Shown: positions 11,401-20,402, counted from the stretch's first letter. The stretch: 64,000 nucleotides of DNA from Candidatus Altimarinota bacterium (GCA_046314355.1 JBKBWQ010000001.1:896001-960000), one strand, 5' to 3'. Program-made: numbers and translations. Notes: a model not told the origin generated them from the sequence alone.

Positions 11401-12870
11401 CAAAAGATTATTTGCACTGCTGGGCGCAGGTGGATTACTGACCGTGAGCAGCGCGTTGGCACTTGTGACAGAGCCAAGAGTATTACTGACAGTGACAGAA
11501 TAAAGAATTCCATCATCTGCAATAACAGTTGAAGGAATAGTATATGTAGAAGATACTGCCCCATTAATAGTTGCACCGCCTTTTTTCCATTGGTAAGAGA
11601 GATTTGTACCGGTAGCACTCACGCTGAATGCCGCGGGCTGTCCAGTGGTCACAGAAATATTTGCAGGCTGTACCAAAATAGTCGGTGCAACGACATTAGG
11701 ATTTACCGTAAGATATGCAGGCTGTGTACTAGTCACTATTTTAGGAGCTACTCCACCAAGTGTACCTACATTATTCCAAATCTTTACATGATAATAAGTC
11801 CCGCTGTCCGCAGGTGTTGTCGGAGGTGTTTGATATGAGGAAGTGTTTGCACCCTGTATATCTACTCCGTTACGCGTCCACTGATAAAAGTATGGTCCTG
11901 TACCGCTCGCAGCTGCAGTAAACGTAGCTCTTTGCCCCTCATTTACCGTTGTATTCGCAGGCTGCTGACTCACGGAAGCGTACTGATTATTTACACTCAC
12001 AGTTACAGAATTAGCAGAAGAAGCTGCTATCACGCTTCCATTGAGATCCCATGCCTTGGCGCTCAATGTATACGAAGTGACGCCATTAGGAAGTACAGTT
12101 GTATCCCAGCTTTCATTATATCCTGAAGTCCAGTTGTTGTTTCCTCCACCTGCTCCACCATTATAAAAGTATTGTACAAGACCTACCTGACTCTGATTTG
12201 TCACAGAACTCGTCATAGTTACAATCCCAGAGACAGTCTGACCATTTGCCGGGCTAGTTATGGTTACCATGGGTGTCACAGCAGGAGTAGTAAATCCTCC
12301 GCTTCCGATCAAAGATGTGCTGTATCCATTCGTTCCTGGAGGAGGATTACAATAGAATGCCGCTGTTGATCCTGGCGCACAAGTTACCTGTTCTGAAGGA
12401 CCAATAAGACGGTCTACCGTATAGATTGAGTAAGTATAAGTAGTATTAGACTTTAGACCAGTAAGCTGTACTGATTCATAAAGGTAGTTAGAAGTCGTAG
12501 TAGATGAAGTAGTCACATCATGAGAAACCACTCGCCCCACAGAGAGTTTATCCGAAGTATTGGAAGAATAGACCACTACATATCCCTGTTTAGTACTTCT
12601 CCAGTCCCGGTTGATGATTCCTTCATTAATTTCCCACTGTACGATACCTGCACTAGGGCTGGATATATACCACTCACCGCATATATTTCTGACAAAACTT
12701 GTGCTTGTACCTCCTGGGTTAGCACATACTGCCATAGCTCTCGGCAGCATCTCAAATACACTCTCCGGAATACTCTGCATAAAGAGTCCCACAAGTAATA
12801 TACTTGCAGTCAGCCGTTTTATTTTTTGAGTAAAAGTCTTCATGGTATGGATTTTTATATGTGTATTCAT
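5488..12870 (-). CDS. Giant secreted adhesin: FN3-like, multiple Ig/Big repeats, CBM-like domain, C-terminal dockerin-like motif
   Basis: Signal peptide; QPANxTV ... YQWxRNG Ig repeats; DTxAP linkers; NLLWNSDFE CBM-like start; GDLNGDG near C-terminus. Confidence 0.85.
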   Translation of the reverse strand: MNTHIKIHTMKTFTQKIKRLTASILLVGLFMQSIPESVFEMLPRAMAVCANPGGTSTSFVRNICGEWYISSPSAGIVQWEINEGIINRDWRSTKQGYVVVYSSNTSDKLSVGRVVSHDVTTSSTTTSNYLYESVQLTGLKSNTTYTYSIYTVDRLIGPSEQVTCAPGSTAAFYCNPPPGTNGYSTSLIGSGGFTTPAVTPMVTITSPANGQTVSGIVTMTSSVTNQSQVGLVQYFYNGGAGGGNNNWTSGYNESWDTTVLPNGVTSYTLSAKAWDLNGSVIAASSANSVTVSVNNQYASVSQQPANTTVNEGQRATFTAAASGTGPYFYQWTRNGVDIQGANTSSYQTPPTTPADSGTYYHVKIWNNVGTLGGVAPKIVTSTQPAYLTVNPNVVAPTILVQPANISVTTGQPAAFSVSATGTNLSYQWKKGGATINGAVSSTYTIPSTVIADDGILYSVTVSNTLGSVTSANALLTVSNPPAPSSANNLLWNSDFEQWLGNYLPQWSSAYPTTYTMWAGGQPANYMYRYGETAAERAILQARPGNSGSYGVRLPDLLNKYTETVLGNVKNLQRGNVYKASVWARNNSDTPTSFYLGFGFNPHPVPAGDPAHEDFGTRVTLSKADGWKLVEVEGTLTKADDPRSTVGQIAVSVGNEGAWSDEIVVDDLSLEVISGKVEFGTGKTWGGYGTPRTINIAPTITSIGLGAGTSGKKVVNTGSQYLSNDNKPTIQFSTQKAGTNSIQLFDGTTLVKTFAAPGSSGTLGGYTALSDGTHALTLKVVNVLGEVLATSNTITVQIDTKAPVYSAQGIGSVAAGKLFKTYNAKLYTNDPKPQLQFALTEETNGSGLNTSKVMVKEPGGTAHTTLTSFTPVNNLSLGSNEFELTGEDIAGNASKAYITIEYDPTSPVVSMISPAALATVGGPAVTISALATDNNAGVAGVQFLVDGANIGVPDTVSPYQMVWNASTATKGTHTVSAIATDGLGLTTTSSSVIFTVDNSLPTISAQPANATVIVGESATFSISATSPTAATYQWKRNGVDIPGATAAGYTIPVTTLADGAYTYTCTVINSVGSVVSDGVTLTVNNQPTITVMGFAANTAGKTVNEIGGQWYSNDTNLKMQYGTTNFSAYSIRAFVGGVAGSTFSNPGANGFLASLGLTTQGTYTLSAALFKPSTGATVATSNALSVILDTTAPTIDLFTLNSTLTSQIGIEEPAKELPLINGKPTTSSSSVTVKSTFTDTGGSGEYANGSSYIINSGTPVSFLGSTVTVPLQSGLNNLSITHMDRAGNPVVKTAQIVVDNTAPVLTWALNGTAGAPTAAWRNTPVTTVLTCTDSNPGCRVQATYVLASSPDPVCTATSSYTATSVSNTLTLPVFDKPTKICARAVDASGLSSANVGQVYTINIDTAAPVINTVSINNGATSTATRDVIVKITTPDIDIASCKIGNTAASLTPVATSCNENLTWTLLSGDGPKTIYAQLCDAAGNCSAVKAAGIILDTSDPNTPLFTDTMTVSVTDLPNPNNKLTFQLPKVLDAATAGDGTIAIDHIEFQLLEGSVALNVNGKFFGSSQITLDPADNKKIIIKPDASGKWPTTLVIFDIAKKHADGTTFVYGAKATAIDILGNVNTAQTLTNIAFDVTPPSFSGNILFPGLPTKSLDGKDWVISKTQSMPVSFTIGSSSGTSDSTVAFRAYTGDPRPLSYVTPAEMLLAKDYSSTGPVSDILTVSGSYEGKITFVLIDAAGNESVPQTINIWHDASAPGKISTASTAVSQVLPAGLTASNDLTLSLAVSDNTGISNRVLVKYASGKEATLVLDNQLFKNENRTVTGNWRLDSTQLPGFPEGSSTTLSLTFADLVGNEFTVASIPTRIDTKSPVVSNVQYTFNNNKQNLTLSFTVNDISPVRITLDGTEALKETTIPTANSRTITLNNISLTGKTSPFVFAVSDMINPGLSDISIADGFNLTKGSPDVNGLVPLVYTLSPANAAARVKLEVTSPTGLPMPYTVLPQTITGTTGTLTLTQPPKGTYTVKATVTVNNTDVVYNNTITVTEDLIYPSLVEGTLGLSAADSSKTIVQDAQTQEYYTNAPILKYHFAFNTYNEQSFPLKVMVNGTESAMFTSIPAGPQTLSITLPDSNGRIAYNIAVVDATGNTVSKAYLIVKDTVLPSNSTSGKSMIGIYEGTNGVFAALPEILLKKSSNGQYITNKSLAALTINAQDEWGYAPVVTIKNGSMAVVSSLPMTQVPNQSKQYEFQKTNITLTQNHLNILTVYIKDFAGNTYTETFTILQDPNADSAALINQNPLIKEISIPWQNDPTVTQVQASITGDNGINYSATLPKTSTVTWEDIIKAATNNTQNKLPLGTYTLIIEPVTTNTSIQPSKIVETIVIDPYYFDAAGDLNGDGFGGGLTDHKLFIMAQIAGIYIHALSANASDSEKQIAADMEARRVKIQGIILDNLRTKLDEFIKR

Positions 12871-12874
12871 TATT

Positions 12875-15271
12875 TTAGTCAGTTATGGAAGTATCGAGTA
12901 TCTCCATCATTATCTTTACTGCTTCCGCACGGGTGATGTATTGAGCAGGCTTAAAGAACACTAATCCGTTTTCTTTATATCCTTCTACTACTCCCTTATT
13001 TTTTGCATATCCGAGATAAGGCGCATACCAGGCAGATGTATTTGTATCCGAGAACCTGCTGAAATTTGCAAAGTTCTTTGTATCAATATTTCCTGCTCCT
13101 ACCATGATCTTCAGAGCCTCAGCACGGTTGATAAGTGCATTTGGTCTAAAGTTTCCATCTGGATAACCATTAATCATTTTTACTAGTTTTGCTGTTGCTA
13201 CATAAGACGCATGCCAGTCCTGAAGGTTTACATCTCTGAATGGTTTTTCAGTGATGTTTTCTATGATCTTCTTTTTGAAGGCATTTACTGCAACCTTTGT
13301 AAGTTCAGCTCTTGTTATTAATCCGTTCGGCTGGAATACTCCCGGCACTTTTCCATCAATGATACAAGCTAGACGTGCTTTTTCTATATAGTTCTCCGCC
13401 CAATGTCTTTGAATATCCTTAAATACAGCAGCAGGAGTACATACCGAAGCCGATGGTTTAGTTCCTGATACTACAGTAACTTTTCCATCTGAGTATCCGC
13501 CACCACCACCTTTGTAGAGATTTGGCGCAACTGGGACTATACCTCCTTCATAAGTACCCAGTAGTGCATATCTTCCAGGTTTTGCACCAAAAAATACATA
13601 TTTGCCCGACTGTGACTGAATAATGCTTTCACGAGGAATTGCTATCCATTTTCCAGACTGCGGATCAAGATACATAGGTGTCACTTCCAGACGCTTTTTC
13701 CCATTATGTGCTGCTGTAGCTGCATCATCATAGAGTATGGTAATCTCCACAGGTTTTAAAAATACAGTACTTACCTGACCCGTATTCTTATCCTGAGCAC
13801 TGATATCATATCCGTCAGAGACAAAATATCTATTTGCACCATCCATCTGACCTAACATAGCAACTTTAGAGAGTGTCAGACCAATATTCAAAGGTACCGT
13901 TCCTCTTGGTACAAAAACACTAATATTCCCATTATCATTTGTAAGTGTAATATCAGGACCAAAGTTGATCTCATCTTTGATCACTACTATTTTCAATAAT
14001 TTTCCTGCCGCATCGTAGTATCTATCTTCTATGTACTGTTTGTTCTGAGCATTCGTATATTCTGAATGTACGATATATGATCCATCAGTACTATAGGTAA
14101 TAGTTTCTTTAAGCGTAGATGTGTCTGGATACGTGATATGGTGCTTTACAAGCTTGCCTCCCTTATACCACCATTCTTCCACGGTAGCTCTTCCGCCAGT
14201 ATCATACGTAGTGATCCTTTCATATCTATCCCCATTCGGCAGTATTTCTAGAAAACGAATTTCCCTGCCCTGACTATCAAAGTATTGTTCCGTTATCCTG
14301 CCGTCTGCATATTTATGAATAATTAATACAATATTTCCATCTGCATCATAATAAGTTTCAGTGATATTACCCTTCATATCATTTTCGATGATCAGCTTCG
14401 TACCATCAGGGTATTCAATAAGATGTATAGTTTTCGTAGTAATTCCGTTTGGATCCTTATAGGTCTCAAGTGTGTGATCCACATCTTTTCCTTCCTGATC
14501 TTTCTCAGTCCATTTTTCTATTATAAGCTGTGAGCCGTCAGAGAACGTTCTCGTCTCTTTGAGCACAGTTCCTGAATTTGTAGAGTTAATTGTCTCATTC
14601 TTGATCTGCAGTCCTGTCGTTACTATTGGAAGCGGCTTTGATACAAAGTTGCTCTGAGTACCTCCTGTATTTGCGAGATAAAAATGCGTTGTTCCTCTAA
14701 TAGGTGGATTATTGAGGAAGTGAATTGATTTAAGAGATACATTTGTCTGCACCTGTCTTGATGTTGGTACAAAATTTATCTCAGCAACTTTTTCTTTTGC
14801 ATATCCAAAATACGCTGTTTTATCCAGGGAAAAACTGATCACACCTATCTCTTGTCCATTTGAGTTTTTTACAACATTCGTCACTACAGTATCAGGCTTA
14901 TTCCCCGCTATAGGTAAGATTCTATTATTTGAAGCGCTTAAAAGAGCAGGATCATATTGGATCAATCCGCTTAGAGAATTTACGGGAAGACCGCCTCCCA
15001 GAGCATAGACATTGACGGTTACTTCCCCAAATTCATTTAAATTATTATCAGTTTCAAGGACACTGCCAGTGCCTGCCACAACTATATTCCCTGAACCCGT
15101 TGTTTGTATCCCGCCTAAATAAAGACCTTTTTCCTGCGAAATAGTATCAGCTCCGAAGAGATCACTACGCAGGAAATTTCCAAGAGGTGTAAAGTACAGG
15201 AGCAGAGAAGCAGATATAGCGATCACTAGACCCAGCATACCATATGCTTTGTGTTTTTTTGAAACGTACAT
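12875..15271 (-). CDS. Surface anchor protein: N-terminal TM, cohesin-like domain, YD-like repeats, three C-terminal SLH domains
   Basis: IQYDPALL ... VAEINF; YYDADGN/YFDSQGR/YYDAAGK; FKDIQRHWA, ITRAE, INRAEA. Confidence 0.8.
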   Translation of the reverse strand: MYVSKKHKAYGMLGLVIAISASLLLYFTPLGNFLRSDLFGADTISQEKGLYLGGIQTTGSGNIVVAGTGSVLETDNNLNEFGEVTVNVYALGGGLPVNSLSGLIQYDPALLSASNNRILPIAGNKPDTVVTNVVKNSNGQEIGVISFSLDKTAYFGYAKEKVAEINFVPTSRQVQTNVSLKSIHFLNNPPIRGTTHFYLANTGGTQSNFVSKPLPIVTTGLQIKNETINSTNSGTVLKETRTFSDGSQLIIEKWTEKDQEGKDVDHTLETYKDPNGITTKTIHLIEYPDGTKLIIENDMKGNITETYYDADGNIVLIIHKYADGRITEQYFDSQGREIRFLEILPNGDRYERITTYDTGGRATVEEWWYKGGKLVKHHITYPDTSTLKETITYSTDGSYIVHSEYTNAQNKQYIEDRYYDAAGKLLKIVVIKDEINFGPDITLTNDNGNISVFVPRGTVPLNIGLTLSKVAMLGQMDGANRYFVSDGYDISAQDKNTGQVSTVFLKPVEITILYDDAATAAHNGKKRLEVTPMYLDPQSGKWIAIPRESIIQSQSGKYVFFGAKPGRYALLGTYEGGIVPVAPNLYKGGGGGYSDGKVTVVSGTKPSASVCTPAAVFKDIQRHWAENYIEKARLACIIDGKVPGVFQPNGLITRAELTKVAVNAFKKKIIENITEKPFRDVNLQDWHASYVATAKLVKMINGYPDGNFRPNALINRAEALKIMVGAGNIDTKNFANFSRFSDTNTSAWYAPYLGYAKNKGVVEGYKENGLVFFKPAQYITRAEAVKIMMEILDTSITD

Positions 15272-15342
15272 ACAAGAGGGATGAGTATTTGGAGGTATTC
15301 CTCTGATTATACCACACCAGACTCATTTTTAGCAAAATCCCC

Positions 15343-16251
15343 CTAGAACTCCTCCTGGATCAATTGATTATTGATAAGTACACCTGCCTGATTTCCTGAA
15401 GCCATACTCACTACCACCGCCCGGAAAGATGCGGTATTATCCCCTGCGCCATAGACACCCTTTACGGTAGTCTCCTGCTGCTCATTTACTTGAAGCTGAT
15501 TTTCCTTAGTGAGCATGCAGCCGAGCTTCTCGGGCAGATCTGTACTTTGTACAGTTACTGGAGCAGAAAAGAGAAAATTAATCTCATCACTTGTACCATC
15601 TTCAAACACAATACGTTCAAGCATACCGTCAGTATGTTCAAACTTCACTACTTTTTTTTCACACATAAATATCCCTTTGTCTCTGAGTTTTTCTAGTTCC
15701 TCAGGTGCAAGGTATGCAGCTTCATTTGTGTAAAATCTTAGATCCGGTGCCCAATGATGAATGAGCCGCACAAAGGCAAAAGCTTTTGGTCCGTTTGAAA
15801 GTACTCCGACCTTCTGCCCTCTTGTTTCATACCCATGACAATAAGGACAATGCACAATAGATTTCCCCCAACATTCCCGGTAGCCTTCTATTTCAGGCAG
15901 CTCATCTTTCAATCCTGAAGCAAAAAGTATTTTTCTACACTCAATCCTTTCACCTGAATGAAGATATACTACAAATTTTCCATCTTCACCCTTGATGTCA
16001 TCTACCATATCACAGACCTGCTCTATAGTTTCGTATTGTAAGACATTTTTTAAAGCTGTTTTTCTTATACCATCCGGAGCTTCGCCGTCCTGAGTAATGA
16101 TATTATGAGCTTCTTTTACTCCTTTATTACAGGGCTTACCTGCATCTATGATCAGTACATCTCTCATGGATCTGCCGAGAGACATAGCAGCAGAGAGTCC
16201 AGCAAAGCTTCCCCCAATAATGACAACATCATATTTTGCTTTCTTTACCAT
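15343..16251 (-). CDS. NAD(P)/FAD-dependent oxidoreductase (thioredoxin reductase-like)
   Basis: IIGGSFAGLSAA, HCPYCHGYE, GVYGAGD. Confidence 0.9.
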   Translation of the reverse strand: MVKKAKYDVVIIGGSFAGLSAAMSLGRSMRDVLIIDAGKPCNKGVKEAHNIITQDGEAPDGIRKTALKNVLQYETIEQVCDMVDDIKGEDGKFVVYLHSGERIECRKILFASGLKDELPEIEGYRECWGKSIVHCPYCHGYETRGQKVGVLSNGPKAFAFVRLIHHWAPDLRFYTNEAAYLAPEELEKLRDKGIFMCEKKVVKFEHTDGMLERIVFEDGTSDEINFLFSAPVTVQSTDLPEKLGCMLTKENQLQVNEQQETTVKGVYGAGDNTASFRAVVVSMASGNQAGVLINNQLIQEEF

Positions 16252-16412
16252 GTTTCAACTGTTAGGAAAATAAGAGTATCCATTATCTTAAAACATCAAT
16301 GCAAATATGCAAATAATTCATCCTGCTACATTATAAATCTCTTGGCTGCTTGCAATAATTTTCCTAAAGAATATACTTTCTTATTGTCTCTATTTACTGA
16401 CTTTCTTCCATT

Positions 16413-16790
16413 ATGAAAAAGCAAAATATGTGGAGCAAATACAGCTATCTCTGGATAACACTTATACTTTTTACTGGAAGTTTACTTGGACATTGGATCT
16501 TCGCATGGTTTGCATTTGTGAGTGAACAGACAGCGCATAATCAGCCCATACTTTTTTCTGAATACTTTGTACAGGTCATGAGAGATACTCTTGAGAACTG
16601 GCAGTCAGAGTTTCTGCAGCTCATCTGGCAGGTAGCAGGTCTTTCCTTTCTTCTCTATGTTGGGTCACCACAATCTAAGGAAAGCGAAGAACGCATTGAA
16701 GAAAAGCTCGATCATATTCTAAAAATAGTTGATGCAAAAAATGCAGAGAAAATGATCAAAGATCTCGATAAGAAATATCCGAAAAAGTAA
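16413..16790 (+). CDS. Small membrane protein (DUF6766-like)
   Basis: TLENWQSEFLQL ... GSPQSK motif. Confidence 0.7.
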   Translation: MKKQNMWSKYSYLWITLILFTGSLLGHWIFAWFAFVSEQTAHNQPILFSEYFVQVMRDTLENWQSEFLQLIWQVAGLSFLLYVGSPQSKESEERIEEKLDHILKIVDAKNAEKMIKDLDKKYPKK

Positions 16791-16801
16791 TATATTTTTC
16801 T

Positions 16802-17287
16802 ATGAGAACATTACTTATTATTGACCTTCAAAAAGGCTTTATTAAGGAAGAATCAAAAGATATTCCTAAAAAAATCCGAAGTTATATCCAAAAAGAAAAG
16901 TATGATTTCATTCTTTTTAGCAAATTTATCAACAAGCAGAACACAAACTTTGTGAAACTCCTTCATTGGAAAAAATGTTTTGCTGAACCAGAAATAGATA
17001 TCGTTCCAGAACTCTCTGAATATGCAAAATCTGATACTGTATTTGAAAAAAATACTTATTCCATTTTTAAATCAGAGAAATTCCTAGAATTTTTAAAGGA
17101 AAAGAATATTACAAAAATGGATATCTGCGGACTTGAATCAGATGGGTGTGTACTTGCAAGCGCTTACGAAGGATTTGATCTTGGATATGAGATGATTGTA
17201 CTTAGGGAACTGATGAGGAGTACAACATCTCTGAATAAAGCGACAGAAGAAATTATTAATCGCAATATTCACCGTGTGTACGAATAA
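16802..17287 (+). CDS. Isochorismatase/cysteine hydrolase family
   Basis: LLIIDLQKGF, EKNTYSIF, GLESDGCV. Confidence 0.85.
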   Translation: MRTLLIIDLQKGFIKEESKDIPKKIRSYIQKEKYDFILFSKFINKQNTNFVKLLHWKKCFAEPEIDIVPELSEYAKSDTVFEKNTYSIFKSEKFLEFLKEKNITKMDICGLESDGCVLASAYEGFDLGYEMIVLRELMRSTTSLNKATEEIINRNIHRVYE

Positions 17288-17293
17288 TAAAAA

Positions 17294-17669
17294 TTATTTC
17301 TTATTCTTTTTTCCAGAGCTTTCTCTTTATTTTCTTCCACTCGATACTTCACGATTTTGGTTATCAAATCCAAAGGCATTGGTGCGTCTATAGGAAACTG
17401 CACGGAGCCTTTTCCAGATTTGTATTTGGAAAGTTCTTTTTTAAATGCTGCACCTCCTGATGGTGTCGAATAAAATCCTATATGATGAGTAAAAGCTGCA
17501 AAGTGAACCAGATTCCCTTCTAGAAAAAAGTCGGCATTCCATAACTGATTTTCTCACTGACTTCAGGTGCAGCTTTTTTAATAGTTTCACGGATTTCTTT
17601 CAAAATTTTCTGAGTACTTTCAGGAAATCCTGCGATATATTCATCAATATTTTTTACTGAAATATCCAT
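17294..17669 (-). pseudogene. DUF1801 (YdhG-like) gene with homopolymer frameshift
   Basis: MDISVKNIDEYIAGFP ... SYGMPTF then shifted frame LEGNLVHFAAFTHHIGFY ... GSVQFP; run at ~17524-17529 is one base short. Confidence 0.75.
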
Positions 17670-17810
17670 ATATTGAAAGAAAAGATATGATTTCTATTAT
17701 ACACAATTCTCCATGAATTACAAAAAACTTCTTTTCTTAAAATCCAAAACATAGCTCTCACAAATATTTTAATTAGAAAATTTGACATTTTAATACTATA
17801 TTTTTATAAA

Positions 17811-17831
17811 GTACCTTGCAAAACATAGTAC
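17811..17831 (+). promoter_or_regulatory. Probable PadR operator (GTAC-N13-GTAC) upstream of the DoxX-PadR-PspC operon
   Basis: GTACCTTGCAAAACATAGTAC, downstream of TTGACA at ~17782. Confidence 0.45.
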
Positions 17832-17872
17832 CGTGTACTACACTATAGTCGAACTATTCTTCTACTGACCAT

Positions 17873-18304
17873 ATGTTGAAGCTTGAATACTATACATATT
17901 GGCTGATGCGTCTTTCCCTATCCATTCTATTTATTTGGTTCGGAGCCATCAAGATACTCGGAGAATGTCCACTAAATGAAACGATCTCACGGATCATTGA
18001 AATCTTTACACCGTGGATTCCCTTCTCCACCTTTATAGTGCTGATGGGATCTGCAGAGATAGCACTTGGAGTATTATTTCTTATTACTCCGATGCTCGAG
18101 ACGGCTTTGATTATCTTAGCTTTCCATCTCTGTTCCACATTCATACCTCTTTTTATACTGCCTGAACTTACATGGAATGGATTTCCTATTCCCACTCTTG
18201 AAGGTCAGTTTATAGTAAAAAATATTACGCTCTTTGCACTGGGACTATCCCTCTGGATAACCCATAAAAGACAGCAACTCCATTTATTTACATCATGCTT
18301 ATGA
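17873..18304 (+). CDS. DoxX-like membrane protein
   Basis: RLSLSILFIWFGAIK ... EGQFIVKN. Confidence 0.75.
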   Translation: MLKLEYYTYWLMRLSLSILFIWFGAIKILGECPLNETISRIIEIFTPWIPFSTFIVLMGSAEIALGVLFLITPMLETALIILAFHLCSTFIPLFILPELTWNGFPIPTLEGQFIVKNITLFALGLSLWITHKRQQLHLFTSCL

Positions 18305-18633
18305 AAGAAATATCGATTGAACAAACAAAAGCAAGTATGAGAAAAGGAATGCTTGAGTACTGCATACTACTCACCATTTCTCAGGGAAAAATATACGCAA
18401 GTGATATCCTCAAAAAGCTCAAAGAAGCAGATCTCCTGGTCGTAGAAGGCACACTCTATCCCCTTCTCAACAGACTCCGCACAGAAGAACTTCTCGATTA
18501 CAGCTGGGAAGAATCCAAGTCAGGTCCTCCAAGAAAATATTATTCTCTTACAGAAAAAGGAACTGAAAATCTCATACAGCTCAAAGCCACATGGAAATCC
18601 CTCGTCGAATCAATTACTACTTTAATGAACTAA
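18295..18633 (+). CDS. PadR family transcriptional regulator
   Basis: MRKGMLEYCIL ... EGTLYPLL ... GPPRKYY. Confidence 0.92.
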   Translation: MLMKEISIEQTKASMRKGMLEYCILLTISQGKIYASDILKKLKEADLLVVEGTLYPLLNRLRTEELLDYSWEESKSGPPRKYYSLTEKGTENLIQLKATWKSLVESITTLMN

Positions 18634-18637
18634 ACTT

Positions 18638-20323
18638 ATGAAAAAAGCACTTCAAATAAGCATAGCAAAGTCTCTCTTCAACATTGAAGAAGATGCATAC
18701 GGGGTATTAAATAAGTACCTGGATTCTGTAAGAACACATTTTGCAAATACAGAAGAAAAAGACGAGATTATCTCTGATATTGAAGCACGGATTGCAGAAC
18801 AGTTTATTGAAACTGGGCATACAGTCATCAGTATCAATGATGTTGAGCAGGTAATTGCATCTATGGGGAAAGTAGAGGATTTCGGAGATGAGCAAGTTAT
18901 CTCTGCAGAACCTACACAAGGTTCGACAAAACAGAAAAAACTCTACAGAAGTACTGATGATGTTATGGTAGGAGGTGTGTGTGCAGGGCTTGCTGCATAC
19001 TTCGGAATGGATGTACTTTGGGTACGAATAATATTTCTGGTGCTGCTTTTCTTCACAGGATTTGGAGCAGGACTATACATAGTTTTCTGGATATTAATAC
19101 CTGAAGCAAAGACCGCTTCTCAGAAGATTGAGATGACAGGAAGTCCCATCAACCTTGAAAGTCTGAGTGAGAATGTCACTGAAAGAGTGAATAACTTCAC
19201 AAAAGAAAATCGCTCTAAAATAGAACAGACTATTGCCATTCCTTTTGAGTTCCTGCAAAGAATATTTCCTCTCTTTTGGCCTGTAATACGGGTAACATGC
19301 GGAATATTATTAGCATTTGTCGCATTCTGTATTATTTTCGCACTTACATTTGCCGTACCATTTATCCTCATAAATGCTCCTGAGAGATTTGTAGATTTCC
19401 CTTTTAGAGAAATCATTTCCATGAGTCTTGTCTATCTCATAATAGCTAGCGGATATCTTGTTATCATCATTCCTTCAGTCATAATATTTATCTTTGGAAT
19501 TGGTTTTTTGAGAAATAAAAATCTCATGAACGGCACTCTTGGATTCACTCTTCTCGGTATCTGGTCTATCGCTCTTATAGTTGCAGGCGTAAGCACTTCA
19601 AAAGCAGTGATCAGCTACAAAGAATTTGTAGAAACGAGTCCTCTCTTTGAAACCGTGTCTCAGAATCTTCCGCTTCCAGCAGGAGCAATCACAAACCTTG
19701 ATCTTACGAATGGCCAGCATGTGACTCTTATACAGGGTGATACTCCTGCTCTCAGCATCAAAGGACAAAGAATGTATCTTGAAAATACAACAACTACCTT
19801 AGAAAATGGGACATTGAAACTTTCGACAAAACTCATAAAAGGTCCATGCATTTTCTGTGATCACAGTAAATCCGAACTCACACTTACGGTCCCTTCTCTT
19901 TCAAGTATAAAAGTCAATCAGGGGTCACGGATAACTACTGAGAGTTTTAAAAGCACAGATCCGATGAATATTTCACTCTCTATGGGATCTCGTGCTGATG
20001 TGAATATTGAGACACCTGAATTCCAAAGCAGAATTGAAAACGGATCCCGGATGGAACTTCAGGGAACTGCGTCTGGTGCAACATTCGTTACGACCTATGG
20101 CAGTGATCTTCACGCAGGAAGCTTTCAGGCAGATATCATAAAAGCAAATGCAAGCTTTGGATCAAGTATGGATATTTACCCGACGAAAAGTCTGAATGCG
20201 ACAGCAGAGACAGGGTCAAGCATCAACTATACCGGCACTCCAACAACTACTCTCAGTGAGCAGACAGGAGGGAGTATACATAATGATTCCGAAGACCATG
20301 ATGTAGGTAATGAAGAGTATTAA
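18638..20323 (+). CDS. PspC-domain membrane protein with C-terminal DUF2807/GIN-like beta domain
   Basis: DIEARIAE; KKLYRS ... GGVCAGLAAYFG; C-terminal GS-repeat solenoid. Confidence 0.85.
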   Translation: MKKALQISIAKSLFNIEEDAYGVLNKYLDSVRTHFANTEEKDEIISDIEARIAEQFIETGHTVISINDVEQVIASMGKVEDFGDEQVISAEPTQGSTKQKKLYRSTDDVMVGGVCAGLAAYFGMDVLWVRIIFLVLLFFTGFGAGLYIVFWILIPEAKTASQKIEMTGSPINLESLSENVTERVNNFTKENRSKIEQTIAIPFEFLQRIFPLFWPVIRVTCGILLAFVAFCIIFALTFAVPFILINAPERFVDFPFREIISMSLVYLIIASGYLVIIIPSVIIFIFGIGFLRNKNLMNGTLGFTLLGIWSIALIVAGVSTSKAVISYKEFVETSPLFETVSQNLPLPAGAITNLDLTNGQHVTLIQGDTPALSIKGQRMYLENTTTTLENGTLKLSTKLIKGPCIFCDHSKSELTLTVPSLSSIKVNQGSRITTESFKSTDPMNISLSMGSRADVNIETPEFQSRIENGSRMELQGTASGATFVTTYGSDLHAGSFQADIIKANASFGSSMDIYPTKSLNATAETGSSINYTGTPTTTLSEQTGGSIHNDSEDHDVGNEEY

Positions 20324-20328
20324 GTGTT

Positions 20329-20363
20329 AAAAAAGCCCTACTAAACTTGAGTAGGGCTTTTTT
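20329..20363. terminator. Bidirectional intrinsic terminator
   Basis: AAAAAAGCCCTACT ... AGTAGGGCTTTTTT. Confidence 0.8.
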
Positions 20364-20378
20364 ATATGAAAAGAATTC

Positions 20379-20402
20379 TTACACCTCCTGATATCTGTTA
20401 AA
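20379..20402 (-). repeat. Displaced duplicate of the MFS gene 3' end
   Basis: 21/24 identical to 22360-22383; encodes FNRYQEV* vs FNRYEEV*. Confidence 0.75.

Noticed and set aside
6212-12829. Numerous short ORFs overlapping the giant adhesin (and similar ones over other long genes)
   Set aside because: Antisense or alternate-frame shadows of well-supported CDSs.
13975-14570. RHS polymorphic toxin
   Set aside because: No RHS core signature, toxin tip or immunity gene; the protein ends in SLH domains.
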